Of a stretch of 64,000 bases of DNA, positions 35,991-48,651 are shown piece by piece (position 1 is the first letter of the stretch; every line of letters begins with the position of its first letter). This DNA is from Gekko japonicus. Its lineage: Eukaryota. The translations under genes were made by a program, and so were the position numbers. The notes below the pieces were generated by a model. The model was not told the DNA's origin. It saw only the letters and a list, made by a program, of their open reading frames with translations, and ran no database searches. The stretch lies in NCBI RefSeq assembly GCF_001447785.1, contig NW_015163753.1, positions 1 through 64,000 of the forward strand, in the 5' to 3' direction.

Positions 35991-38900
35991 ACCCTGTACA
36001 TTAAAAAGAGGCTTGAACTTTGTTTTTGTTAAGTTATATGAAGAGTTTTACTTACCATAGAAAAGGAAGCAGTTAACCATAGGTGCCTATATTACTACTT
36101 AATAATTCTCAAGGAAAAAAGATCTAGTCTCACCTGGAAATCCAAGCAGCACAACCGATTACTTCTATGTAGTCTACTATTCAAGTGGAAAAGTGGAAAT
36201 TTGAAACTGCTGAAAACTAGTGCTTTTTATTTCCTCACAACATTTCTGATTGAAAATGGGAGTTATAATTCTTCAGTTTTACTCCATTAATGCCTCCACT
36301 CTAAAGGATGGACAGGCTGATTTGAGAACTCTCTTTCAAAACATGGTGAACTGTCCCTAAGGAAGAGAAGCTTAGAGATTTCTAATGAATTTGTCATAAT
36401 GATGTTGACATGTTTCTTTCATTTGCATTCCAACCTTAGAGTTTAGTTATTAAAGTAATAAAACTCATGTGACATACAGAATGTACAAAAGTAAGAAATA
36501 GCACTTTGTTACACCAGACGGTTCATTCACATTCAAATCAAATATTGTTTTTTATCTTTAAAACTCTTCAATCCTGGATTTATTAAACACATTGGGTGGT
36601 ATCCAACCAGAGGGTGAAAAGGGGAGGAGAGGTCTTCTCTGACCCCCCAGAAAGGCTATGCTGTGCATTGTGGGACTCCTATGAGCAAAATCCATGGCAG
36701 ACAAAGGATGTAGTAAGGATGACAACTGGGGGGGGGGGAATACCCTTCCTATAGCAGTCTTCTGACCCTGAGAAAGTTTATTCCCAGGGCTGCAGGACAA
36801 AAGTGAACTTAATAGCAATGTGGATCAGGTGGCTACAGTGGGGAAGGTTAAGCAGGCAAAGTCAATCCCTTCTTTATGTAAGCTTTAATAATTCTACAGA
36901 TGCAGAAATTTTACAAATGTATAGATGCAGAAAATTCAGTGGGTCCCATTTCCCTGGCTGTATGAGTAAGAGGAATTCCTTTTGTCATCACAACAACTTA
37001 GTGAAGTAGACTAGACTGAAAGAAAGTGAGTGTCCTAGAGAAGTTCATAGCTAAGCAGTGATTTGAAGCCAGGTCTCTCAGGTCCAATGCACTATGACAC
37101 CAAATTGATTCATCATATACATCTTTTGCATACTAAAATTATCTTCACTTGTTGATCATGATGTTGCTGTGGATTGAAGATACATGCAAAAGGATATGTA
37201 TGAATTTCACCCACTCATATTGTATCAACTTCCAGTGTTATGTGCAAACATGTGCTACTTGGAGTGAAACAACTCATTTCTAACTACCTAGGAGAGCCTG
37301 CAGTTCTCTGACCAATAGTAGTGATTATCACCTCTTTGGAGTGAGGGACAACTGAATCCAGGGCTTAAAGTGGTGCTTGAACTCTCAAGAGGGAAAGGAA
37401 GGTTTCAACCTGTATACTAAAAATTCATGAACTTTTACACATTTTAAAAAGAATTTTGTCGAAGAGGTTCTGGAACTCTGTTCTGGCACATTCCCCCAGA
37501 AAAAAGCCCTGACTGAACCTATCCAATCTCCCCCTTCCTTCTACACAGCAGATAAGCTGACCTTTTCAAAGCTATCAGTATCCACCATGTGTGTGTCAGG
37601 AAAACCAAAGTATGCTGCCAATGTATGTCCAGCTCATACTACACATGAGAAAACCCATACTTTGGACTAGATATAGCCAGCTTTTCTTCTGGTGAAAAGG
37701 AGAGGGAACGTACCCTTTGACCACCCACAAAGGCTCTGCTGGGGATCATGGGACCTACATGGACAAAGGTTATGTGGGCTATACTAAGAAGGAGAAGATG
37801 GAATTGAGTACAAAAACTTACTGGATCCCATCAATTCAAATCATAGTAGATTGCAATAAATTCCTTTCCTTTCAGACCCAGAAGCTCAAAGATATATAAT
37901 CTTGAGCAGCAGAAAAATTCTAGATATTCTATTTGGAACCAAGAGTTAAAAGAACTGAATTTTTAGTGACACCCAATGTAACTGTTGCATCATTTATCTT
38001 TGAGTTAGAAGAGAAACGTTTCTGAGGAGTAGGAGGGTAAGCGGTTGCTTAATATGGGCATAATATAGTGGTTTCTGGGAGTCGCAAACATAAGGCACTC
38101 AAGCAAAATGTGGAAAGGTGTTTCAATCATTTGCAGACAGCAGACAAGAGTCCAGCAATAACACTATCTGTCGCTGAATTTTTCTCAGTAAAACCACAGA
38201 AGGAATTATGTTCAACCTAGCAAACAAGAATGCCCTACAAAATTGTGGAACTAAGAGATAATAGAAATAAGATGGTAATACATTAGATGGGGAGATGCCA
38301 TAAAACAAAGAAGAAAAACATGGTGGCTTCTTACTAAGGTACTAAAGTACTGTGGTGATAAATCTCCAAGACACATTTCCTAATCAAGCTAAGAGAACCA
38401 TGTTTTCCTCAGGTCAATGCATTTTTTTGGGGGGGGGAAGTTATGGTGATCTTACCCTCTTCCCTCCCTCACATGCATCCATTATTTCCTTTCTTTCCCA
38501 TCCATTTTCCCCTTCCTAGCTGGCTGAGCAGCCCCTTTATTTTCTTCTCATTTGAAGGTTTAGAGCTGTCCCACCTTGTCATGTTGTTGTATCTTGATGC
38601 TGGCTCAGCCCAGGAACTTGAGGGAAGAGACAAGATCACCTCCTTAACTTATACTTCTGAAAATGCACATGAGAGGCAATTGAAACTTTAAAAATAAACA
38701 AAATATTTTATTCAACATAGAGAAGGAAAGGTCACATAAAATCAGGGATAAAACATCTGAGGTGAATCAATAACAACTCTGAGGTAACAGTAAATTCACA
38801 AACTCCAGTTAATATGTTTCCAGCAAGTGAGAGGCTGAAGCTTTTCACAAAGGTCTTAGAATCTTTGAAATGAGAGGCTGTATTTTCAGTGTCAGCTAAG

Positions 38901-39899
38901 CACTCCATTATACATTTTTTAAGTTTAACTGACTCTTCAGGTTTCAGAAGGCAGGGATGCACTACCAAGTACCCAAAATCCTTCTCTTAACAAACCAGGG
39001 ATCACTTCACTCTTTAGAGCTATCTCCCTTTTCAACTGGGCAGAGAATTACTTCTCTAAACTGTCTGAGTGACAGTCTTCAGTGATCCTCCCACTCCTCC
39101 TTGCCAACCTTCCCAGGCCTCAGTAAGTGCCCAACTGAGTTTTCTTCAGCGGTCAGTTCCCAACTCTTTCTTCTCAACTGACACTAACCAATCAAATCCC
39201 TTTGAACAGCCTGTCATTCAAAGGCTCTCTGATTCTGTGAGGCATTAACCCTTTACAGGCTGTCACATATGTTTAATGCACTTGTGAGCTTTCAAAGCAC
39301 AGCCCATCACAGGGGTCATACCAATTAATAACAGTTTATTGTCTACCATTTTCAGCCACATAGATTTTAAAGACTTTTCCCAGAAGAGCAAGTAGACTGT
39401 CATTAGAAAACATTTTTTTAACCTCCGTTTAAAAGAAAGGAGCCATGCTCTAGCTTCTAATGACTTCTGTCCAAATTCTGCCTACAAGGCAACACTGAAA
39501 ACACAAAAGGGAATATTCATTAGTCTTCTTAGAAACTGGGAGAATGGAATATCAATCTTCTCAGTAACTGTATTTCTTCAATTTGCAGATCCAAACAAGG
39601 AAAACAACTTTCAGGTTGCAAACCTGAAGAGCTCCAGGTAGATATCTGCCCCCTTCAGATTAAAATAAATTTCTGGTAGCTCCAGAGCACAGTTTTGCCT
39701 TATTAAGATCAAATATAAAGTGAGATTTCCAGGACAGATCAGCTGAAAACAAAATATCTATATAAGAAAAGAGGTTTTGACTTGTTCAATTATATCCATC
39801 TATAATCCATCTTGGGGGGGGGGCATCTCCTGCTTTTAGAAAACACTAGAATCATAGATGTATTACAATTAATTGATAGGCTTTCAATTATGAAACCAA

Positions 39900-40340
39900 C
39901 CAAAATATTAACAACAACAACACATTGTTAAAGCAATTAAAACCAGTGCTAAAACATATAAAGACATAAAACATACATTAAAACACTGGTCAGGCAGGAC
40001 AGATCACCGAGATAATGACAAAACCAGCAAACAAAATAATCTCCGGCCACTGACAGAAGATGCCAACAGGAGAAAGATGAATCTCCCTGGGGAGAGAATT
40101 CCAGAGTTTTGGTGCCACAACCTAAAATGCTTTCTCCTGAATTTCCACCGGCATAATCTCAGAAAGTGGAGGCACCTGAAGCTGGACTTTTGAAGATGAC
40201 CAAATGATTGGACAGATTCACAAAGGAGTAGGCATGTTGCTTACAAAACATATAGAATGTTAAAGATCAACATTGTCACCTCGAATTGTGCCTTAAAACA
40301 AATCAGGAGCCAGGGTAGATGGGCCATGTTTGGACTGATA
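39900..40340 (-). mobile_element. Degraded L2-type LINE 3' fragment
   Basis: atctccctggggagagaattccagagttttggtgccacaacc..., same layout as the L2 at 16731-17455. Confidence 0.5.
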
Positions 40341-41298
40341 CGGAGTGATATCATCTGTATGACCCAGTACTCTCAGATGAGTTTATGTTGAAAAATAGCA
40401 CAATTGTGAAAGTAGGAGAGGGAATGAACCAGCAAAACCTTGTGCATATCTGTTTGTCAAGCACATAGAAGGGGGAGCTAAGTTTTAACCCATCCTGCAC
40501 TCTCTTGTGCTTGAAATATTATTCTCCAAGTCTGCTTTTCTTTCTCCTACAAAACATAGTCACTTTCTAAAATTCTGCTTAGAATTTGGGAGGGAGCGTC
40601 ACTTGGGTGACCGATTTGACTTCTGATAATTTCATCCCACCTGGAAATATAGTGAACCCACTGGAAATTACTCTGGATTAATTTTCTAATATGAGTTGTA
40701 ATTCCAGTACTAAAGAATCAGATAGTGGATAAACACATGGACGGATATTTTGCCATTGTAATCATTCACTGCCTGGATTTTCTGTTTGTCAGAGGAAAAT
40801 CTACAAGTTGAGAGGTTATGATACAATAGTATCTATACCATAGTATCTAACATGGAAGATAAAATAGAAGTGAATCTACCCAAGTCAAGTTTTTTTTTTT
40901 CCAATGACAAATGGCCTTAGTCTAACTCTTTGTTTACACATACCTACTTACGAGCAATGGTTGATATGAACACAGCAATCCAAAAATCAGACATTGTACT
41001 TGCACAAATTATTACTAGGAAGTTTCTAGCTGCAACCAGGGATATATTGTCAGCTACCAGTTTTTCCACATCCCTAAATTCCAGGAACACTCCATGGAAG
41101 ATTCCAAATGCCTGAATTTTATCATACCTATAAAATGGAAGTGAACTAATTTCAACTTTAATCATTAGATCACACATTTCCTCTTTTCTACTGATCAAAT
41201 ACAGATGTCTCATGAGCTAGTACAAGCACAAGCAATATTTTATTTTATTGTAGTTCAAAAGTATCTGTAGGACCTAAACATTCACAACACCCTTTGTT

Positions 41299-42252
41299 TT
41301 AGCTTAGGAATCTAGCTGGCATTATTTTTTCTTGAACCTTCTTCAAGGCTTGTTTCACCTCTTTATTTCTCAGGCTGTATATAAGGGGATTGACCATAGG
41401 AGTTAGGATCGTGTAAAAAGCTGAAAAGACTTTGTTCAGGTCTCCCAGTGCTTGGGTTTTGGGCATCATATAGACTATCATTAGTGTCCCATAGAAAATG
41501 GTAACCACTATGAGATGGGAGGAGCAAGTGGAGAAAGCCTTTTGCCTTCCTACAGAAGAGGGGATTCTCAAGATGGTGGTAATGATGCAAACATAGGATG
41601 TCAAGGTCAAGAGAAAAGGAGGCAATGTGAATATGCAAGCAATTATGAAAGCAAAAATGACTATTTTATGAGTGTCACTGCATGATAATTTTAGCAAGGG
41701 GTTGAAGTCACAAAAGAAATGATCGATGTCATTCCGCCCACAGAATGTTAACTGCAGCAGAGGAAACAATATGCTATTTCCTAGAAAGCCACTTATCCAA
41801 GACCCAACAATTAAATGGAGGCAATCTCTATTGTTCATGAGGGTTGTATAGTGCAAAGGTTTGCAGATGGCCAAGTATCTGTCATATGACATGGCAGACA
41901 AGAGGAAACATTCTGTTGCAGCGAGAGAACCAAAGAAATACATCTGTAAAAAACAGCTAATGAAAGAAATGGATCTGTTTCCAGTCACAAAACTGGCCAA
42001 CATCCTGGGGAGGATGGTAGAACTGTAGAAGGTCTCCAAGCAGGAAAGATTTCCCAGGAAGTAATACATGGGTGTGTGCAGATGTTGGTCAGCCACAACA
42101 AGAGCAACAATGAGGATGTTCCCAACCATGGTGACCATGTAGATAAACAGGACTACAAAGAAGAGAAATATCTGAAAATCTGGGTTATCTCCAAACCCCA
42201 GAAGGATAAATTCTGTAACCATCGTTTGGTTTTCCCACACTTTCTTTCCCAT
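41299..42252 (-). CDS. Olfactory receptor, class II, OR11/OR6-like (317 aa)
   Basis: LHTPMYYFLGNLS, MSYDRYLAICKPLHY, KAFSTCSSHL, PLIYSLRN; strong acceptor ttccttttttcttctag| 9 nt upstream of the ATG. Confidence 0.97.
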   Translation of the reverse strand: MGKKVWENQTMVTEFILLGFGDNPDFQIFLFFVVLFIYMVTMVGNILIVALVVADQHLHTPMYYFLGNLSCLETFYSSTILPRMLASFVTGNRSISFISCFLQMYFFGSLAATECFLLSAMSYDRYLAICKPLHYTTLMNNRDCLHLIVGSWISGFLGNSILFPLLQLTFCGRNDIDHFFCDFNPLLKLSCSDTHKIVIFAFIIACIFTLPPFLLTLTSYVCIITTILRIPSSVGRQKAFSTCSSHLIVVTIFYGTLMIVYMMPKTQALGDLNKVFSAFYTILTPMVNPLIYSLRNKEVKQALKKVQEKIMPARFLS

Positions 42253-43229
42253 AGATTGAATCTAGAAGAAAAAAGGAAATAATCTGATGTTTATACTTTT
42301 TTTTCCATAAAATGTTTTATAGAATCTGCTTCTTTTCACAAAAGTTTTCCCACTCTTTTATTTGACCTGTCTTTAAATATTACTTCCTGTGCCCATTTCC
42401 TTTAACAAGACTCATAAGGCTGTGGACATGGAAAATAGATGAAGTTCCCATGTCTACAGACGTTGCTTTGCACAAAGTACAAGCATTGCATTCTAGGTAC
42501 TGATGGCACCTTAGAAGATAGATGGTGAGCCACCATTCCCAATGAATTGTCATTTTCTGTTAGCTTATAGTGGAACAGTGCTCAACTGTGATCTGAGAGA
42601 GAGAGAGAGAGAGAGAGGTTACTATGTTATTAATAGATTGATTTAGCCAGTACACATCCACTTTTCAATAAGAAATTATCAAGGTGGGAGAAATGGCAGT
42701 ACACACAAGAACAGTAACAATACAACCCAACATGGGGGGGGGGGGAGATGAGTAACTAGGCTGTTCCAGTACAATCAAACAGACATAATGAAAACAACAG
42801 ATTTGTGTGGAAAAATCAGTCTTCAGAACTGATTGGGAGGGACAAAGATCCTAAATCTGGTGAACTTCATGAGAATTTATTCCAGGCTTGGGGACAGTAT
42901 GAGTTTTTTCTAAGAATATATTATTAAAAGAATGTGAACTTTAGGCAGAGAACTACTGACAGACCTCAAAAGCTATGTTTCTGCCACTATGTAAAAAATT
43001 ACTGTAAAAGTACATGCAGAGGTAGTCCTGGATAAACCCACTGAAGTCCAGGAAAATCCCACTGTTGCTGTTCAGTCCTAATAGAGTTACATCCTGCTAA
43101 AGTCACTGACTTCAGTAGACTTTAGAAGAGTGAAACCCTTTTTAGGATTGTGTTGTCATACTGTTGATTCCAGCCAACAGGATACTAATGAATATACAAT
43201 GATGGATTTAGTCACATATACATTTTTAA

Positions 43230-43388
43230 GACGGGGACGGCAAAGGATGAGATGGTTAGACAGTGTCATCGATGCAACGAACATGAAATTGAGCCAGCTT
43301 CAGAGGACGGCGGAAGACAGGAGGGCCTGGCGGGAGATGATCCATGGGGTCGCGAAGAGTCGGACTCGACTGTGCGACTGAACAACAA
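43230..43388 (+). mobile_element. Bov-B (RTE) LINE, 5'-truncated 3' end
   Basis: Encodes RGRQRMRWLD...AWREMIHGVAKSRTRL; tail aacaacaa; 10-bp TSD acatttttaa. Confidence 0.93.
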
Positions 43389-43894
43389 ACATTTTTAAAA
43401 ATGTGCTATGCCACATTATGGTTTTTTTAGGTACAATTTTTAAGTTCAAATTTCTGCATTGGAAACATCTGAGTTGATGACTGTCTAGGACTGTCTTCTG
43501 AAAAGAAACCATTGACCTTATCACACCATGCTGACATGTATGGATTTCTTTCTGCAACTGTTGAATACTAGCTGGAGAAGAAATACATGAATTGAACTTG
43601 ATAACTCCAATTGTGTAATTTTGGTGTGGTAGTCACTATAACTGGTTATTGAGGGGGCACAATAACTGGTTATTGAGGGGGCAAAGGACATAAGTGCTGA
43701 AATTATTCTGTTTACCAGTCATACCAAGATGACACCTAGAAAATTTCAGTGCACAGGGTGAATCCCAAGCAGCCAGTGGAACTGACTTTGTCACATTCAA
43801 AAGGTCTCACTACATATGCAATCATTTATGGAAATGAGTTTATTTTTTAATCATTTTCTCACTAGAATTTTTTTAAAAAAAATCTCTTACTCAC

Positions 43895-44080
43895 CTGAAG
43901 GTTGTTTGGATTGTCATAACAGCAACTTTGCTCCTACAGTTGTATGTAGAAGTAATTTATATATGTAAGAAAGGTTACCAATTACAGGGACTTTCTCCCC
44001 AGAGTGTTTATTATTTTGTTTACTTGGCAGCTTTACAAGTGAAACAAGCAACAGCTAAACAAACCTACTAATGAAGTCCA
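43895..44080 (-). promoter_or_regulatory. Putative promoter and first non-coding exon of the OR at 41299-42252
   Basis: Minus-strand donor CAG|gtgagtaag at 43894; TATATAAAT at about 43960; CAATTA next to CAGGGA (about 43980-43990); EBF-like TCCCCAGAG (about 43996); TAATGA (about 44069). Confidence 0.45.
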
Positions 44081-44625
44081 TAAGCCATTTCAAATGTTTC
44101 AGAGGGGTTAGGCCACAATCCTAAACCTATTCTGAAATTTTTTTAGGTTGTCACCCAGGCCTCCATATGGAGTCCTGGCAGCAAAACAGAGACATATATA
44201 TATCAGTGTAGCCCTCCACTGATGCCACACAGGTGTACGGGCCAGAATTGGGTGGTGTCATGAGTATGGTGGGAATAATTCAGCATCCTAACACTAAGGA
44301 ACCTTAGTAAATATCTGATTGTGCATTTCCAAGGATCTTTAAATCAGCCATTTGTGTACCAATAACCATTTAAAATAAAAAAAACACTTCCTATACATGC
44401 AGTCTCTTTGTCTGAAGAAAGTACAAACTTAATTAGCAGTCTCTTTGTCTGAAGAAAGTACAAACTTAATTAGACTACTCATTGGGGTCCCACTGATCTG
44501 ATGAGTCATCTTAACGGTCATGAAAACCAATCTAGCAGTTTGTAGCTAGGCAACTACAACAGTATTGCAAGCCTTCAAGCCTTGGTTTCAATGAGAGGAA
44601 GGGGAAGGGAGAAGCAGCCGGTTTC

Positions 44626-44652
44626 AGATAGATAGATAGATAGATAGATGAT

Positions 44653-44707
<55 letters not shown>
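44626..44707 (+). repeat. (GATA)n microsatellite
   Basis: Direct reading. Confidence 0.97.
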
Positions 44708-44935
44708 GTGGGGCAGGTAAAAGTTTGGTGGGTGGGTGCATAGGAAGGAGAAAAGGAAGCAGTGAAAGGTGATGGTATGGGGCTGTGAATCCCTTTTAAA
44801 AATGAACTTAAAATAGTGATACAAAATACTAATTCTGTTGACTTATCTGATAATCCTAATAAATGTTGATTGATTAACTGAAAATACTAAATCCCTATCT
44901 GCTCCAAAAGAATCCTAACACATTTTGCTTCTGAA

Positions 44936-45477
44936 TAGGGTTGTCAGTTCTGGCTTGGGAAATTCCTGGGGATTTGGGGGCAGTGCCTAGGGAGTGATTT
45001 CCAGTTTTTCTAGTTTCTAAGGTATACCATAGGCTCTATGGTATACCATAGATTCCACCCTTCAAAACTGCCATTTTCTTGACGGGAACAGATCTCTGTC
45101 ATCTGGAGTTCATTATTAATTTTGGGAGGATACCAGGCCTCACCTGGTGGTTCAAAAAAGCCAGAGAAGGGGTCACAGTGTGCAGATACATGTCAACAGA
45201 CCAAAAACCACTGTGGTAAAATTAACAATGACACATTTAATAATTCTATGAGGATCAATTTGTGAAGCTATTAATATTAGAATATGGTTAAGTAATTCAG
45301 ATATAGGCAGAGCAATGTCCAACATAATCATATCCTCAATGAGCACACCCATTTCACCAATCTTCCTCATGAGTAGCTTCATAAATTGATCCTCATAGAA
45401 TTATTAAATGTGTCATTGTTAATTTTACCACAGTGGTTTTTGGTCTGTTAGCCCCCACCTGGTGGTTGGCAACCCTA
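44936..45477. mobile_element. hAT-type MITE carrying an internal fold-back insertion
   Basis: TIRs tagggttgtca / tggcaacccta; insertion flanked by duplicated cacctggtggtt. Confidence 0.75.
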
Positions 45478-48400
45478 TGCCTGAAGTAAAAATATAAAAA
45501 AGTATCTCAGCATTGGCACTGAGACTATATATGTGTGCAAAATCAAATTAGAAATCCTTCTTCCTGTTTTCCAACCTCCAGTCAGAGAAAACTGAGGCCA
45601 CTACCAGATCAATTACTTTATTTAAGTTGATAATTAATTCCACTGTCTACATGCCAATGCTTCTTTAAGGGTCAGGACCAATGCCACATATGGTGAATAC
45701 CCGTATGCTCGCAGTTGTGTAAACATGAGCCAACTTTTCATATGACCTTTCCACTGCAGAGCAAAGAGTCAATTTCATGCTATTTTACAGCGATTTCTGT
45801 CAGCTGCATAAAAAGTGAACATGTGGCATCAGATGCACTGTAATTATCAAAATCACTGTTATTAACTATCCTTCTTGAAAAGTTGGTAATGAAAAGTCCA
45901 GATGAAAAACATATTTGGTTAAACACTAAACTTACTATTAAACTTACTCAGAGCTAGGATTTTGCTCTATGGATGCTTCTGTTTAATTCCTTGGGAAAGT
46001 GTATGATATTCCAGCAAGAAATGTGAAGTGGAGACTGTTGTAGTGGTTCAAAATGTGAAGTGGAGACTGGGAGTGTGGTTCAAAATGCAGATATGGTACT
46101 GTGGACCGGCTAGCTATGCATTTGCAATCAAGGTGTTGCTATTGCTGGTATTCCCTCTTCTTGTGTCTAAGGACATGAACAAGTGTAGCGTTTATAACAA
46201 CCATCTGCATAGGCCAGGGGATGTGGTGATTGGCGGAATCTTCTCTTTGACCCGTCCTCATTTTAAACAGCACAATTTTAAGAAGCCTCCACATAGATAT
46301 TATAACTCTTTTGGGTAAGTTCTTCTTTATGGATTAGTAATAGTAGTAACCATTCCATTTGTCAACCAGTTGTCCACAGCTCTGTGAGGGAGGACATTCC
46401 AACAGGGGCAGCTTTTCACATCATTGGACATGCTTAAGTACTGCTAGTTGTATTTCTACCATTCTATTAAGCAAATAGTTGGAAACTTTATCAAGAACTC
46501 TGATCTTAGCTATCCAGTGGAGGAGTCAGAATATAAATTGGTAAAGAAACTGAAGCGAGATGGATGAAGAAGAAACTTGAATATTTTCAAACTTGTACAT
46601 TTGCATGTCTGTGGCAGCCTGTCATATTTCATTTTCTTCTTTTGTCCCTCATAGCCCCCTTCAGTACTGTATCATGTGTATTTGATGTACATTTATGTTT
46701 CCTATAGTAGTGAAAAAGTCTTGCTTTCTTTGTTTTAAAAGAGGTAAATATTCCATTTGCCACTGCTCATCCCTGCCTCAGGTGCATTGTCTCCAATGTT
46801 ATACTTTGCCTTTTCACTCCCACTTGTGTCAGTTCTTAAATCAATGGGTAGGATCCAACTAGCTCTTTCGTCGCTAGAAAAAGGAGTATCCAGAATACTG
46901 ATGCTGGGAATGGTGGGACATGCATGGACGAAAGCCATGAGCCTCAGGTTCTGTAGTAGGGAAGAGAATGGAGTGAGACTCGAGCCAAAAAGTTGGCCAG
47001 ATATCACCCAGAATGATTTTTTTAAATGCTTCAAATAGATCATGTAGCTGAATCCAGCTCTGATAAACTGTAATATCGCCTGACCACAGCAAAGCTCAGT
47101 TACATGAACATAACATGTAGATGAAGCCAGCCAAAAAAGGATACACTCTTAAATGAGTATATTCTCTGACAATTAATTAGGCATGGGAGAACATGTCCTT
47201 CTAAAAGTTCAAGTATAGTTCAGTACCCTCAGTCTTCATTCCTTTACAATATCCTCCTCTCTTTTTGCTTTTTATCATAAAGTCCAAGTAACCTGGATTT
47301 TCCACATTGGAGCATAGAACAGTTACCCAGAACATAAACTTACTTTTCACTTCCACTAAAAGAAGTCAAAACAGACTCAAAACAGAAAGCATGACTCCAT
47401 CCACAAATTGAGAAGGCTATGAGATGTCAAATATCCAGGGAGATATTTGTCACAGCGGGGTAGTCTTATTAGTCTATAGTAGCAAAACAAATTAGAAGTC
47501 CAGTGGCATACTTGATTTTTGCCATCCATGAGATCAATAAGAATCCCAGGGGCTTGTCCAATATTACTCTAGGATTTCATATCTATGACAACGTATTTGA
47601 TTCAATGAGCACATATAAGGCCATCCTAGATTTACTGTTCACAAAGCAAGTTAATGCATTGCAGTTGGATAGAAAAGAGGATGTTTTATCTGTTATCGGG
47701 GGACTTACTGTAAAAAACTCTATCCAAATGGCCACCATCTTGGATATCTATAAGATTCCACAGGTATGTGTATGAAAAATTGGGGTATGGATGTAATCAT
47801 ATTACTGTTTTGTTTAATTCTGATCAAATATCTTATCAATGTAACACTATACATTAAAGAACCCAGTTTTTTTTAATATGCATTTTTTACAGTAAGAGTT
47901 TCTGTTTTGCCATTTCAAGTTATTAATGGCAAAGGAGCTTCCAAACATAGTGAGCCTAACTCAACACAGAAATAAGCTGTTGTGACCAAACTTCCATTTT
48001 GACTTGCCCGTCTTTTCTCCCTCCATCTTAGTTCCATGACCAATGTTTTCTTTGCTAGGATGATAAACAACTCAACTACCAGACTGGGCACAGGTTTGTC
48101 ATATACCCCTTTTGATATCATCATAGCTGACTTGAAAGACAAAGAGAGACTCAGAGAGATTGATACCCACTGTAATTCCAAGGAAATTAGACCAGTACTT
48201 AAAATTCCTCTTCACTTAATCAAGGTGCTCTGGTCCCAACACCATTTTATTGCATTAACATTTCTTCTTACAAAAAAACCTCCAGTTATAGAAGCATTTT
48301 TACTTAATAAGGTTTCCTCTCACCTGATTTAACATTGGATGTTGGGAGCTACTGCTGACCCTCCACATTATAATGGAATAGCCCACACTTTCCAGTATGC

Positions 48401-48651
48401 CTCCCCTCTGCCCAGACATTTCTCTGCCTTTATTTATTAGGAAAAGTTCCCAATACTTGAAAACTCCTTGAATCACACCCTCACCCAGTCAGAAACCACA
48501 TCTCTGAGCTCAGCTGGATCCTCCTCTTCTTTCCAAGCCTAGCAAAAAAGGAATCTTTTGAATTGTATCAGATTCCAGTCCTTTAACATAAGTCAGAATG
48601 CTTCCCAAAATTGTCTTGGTGTGCTTTATACTCATAGTCTGTTTTTTTTTA

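Noticed and set aside
38577-39267. Possible solo LTR (also 3578-3970, 31812-32428 and 48097-49176)
   Set aside because: LTR-like composition and TG/CA-type ends, but I could not confirm TSDs or boundaries
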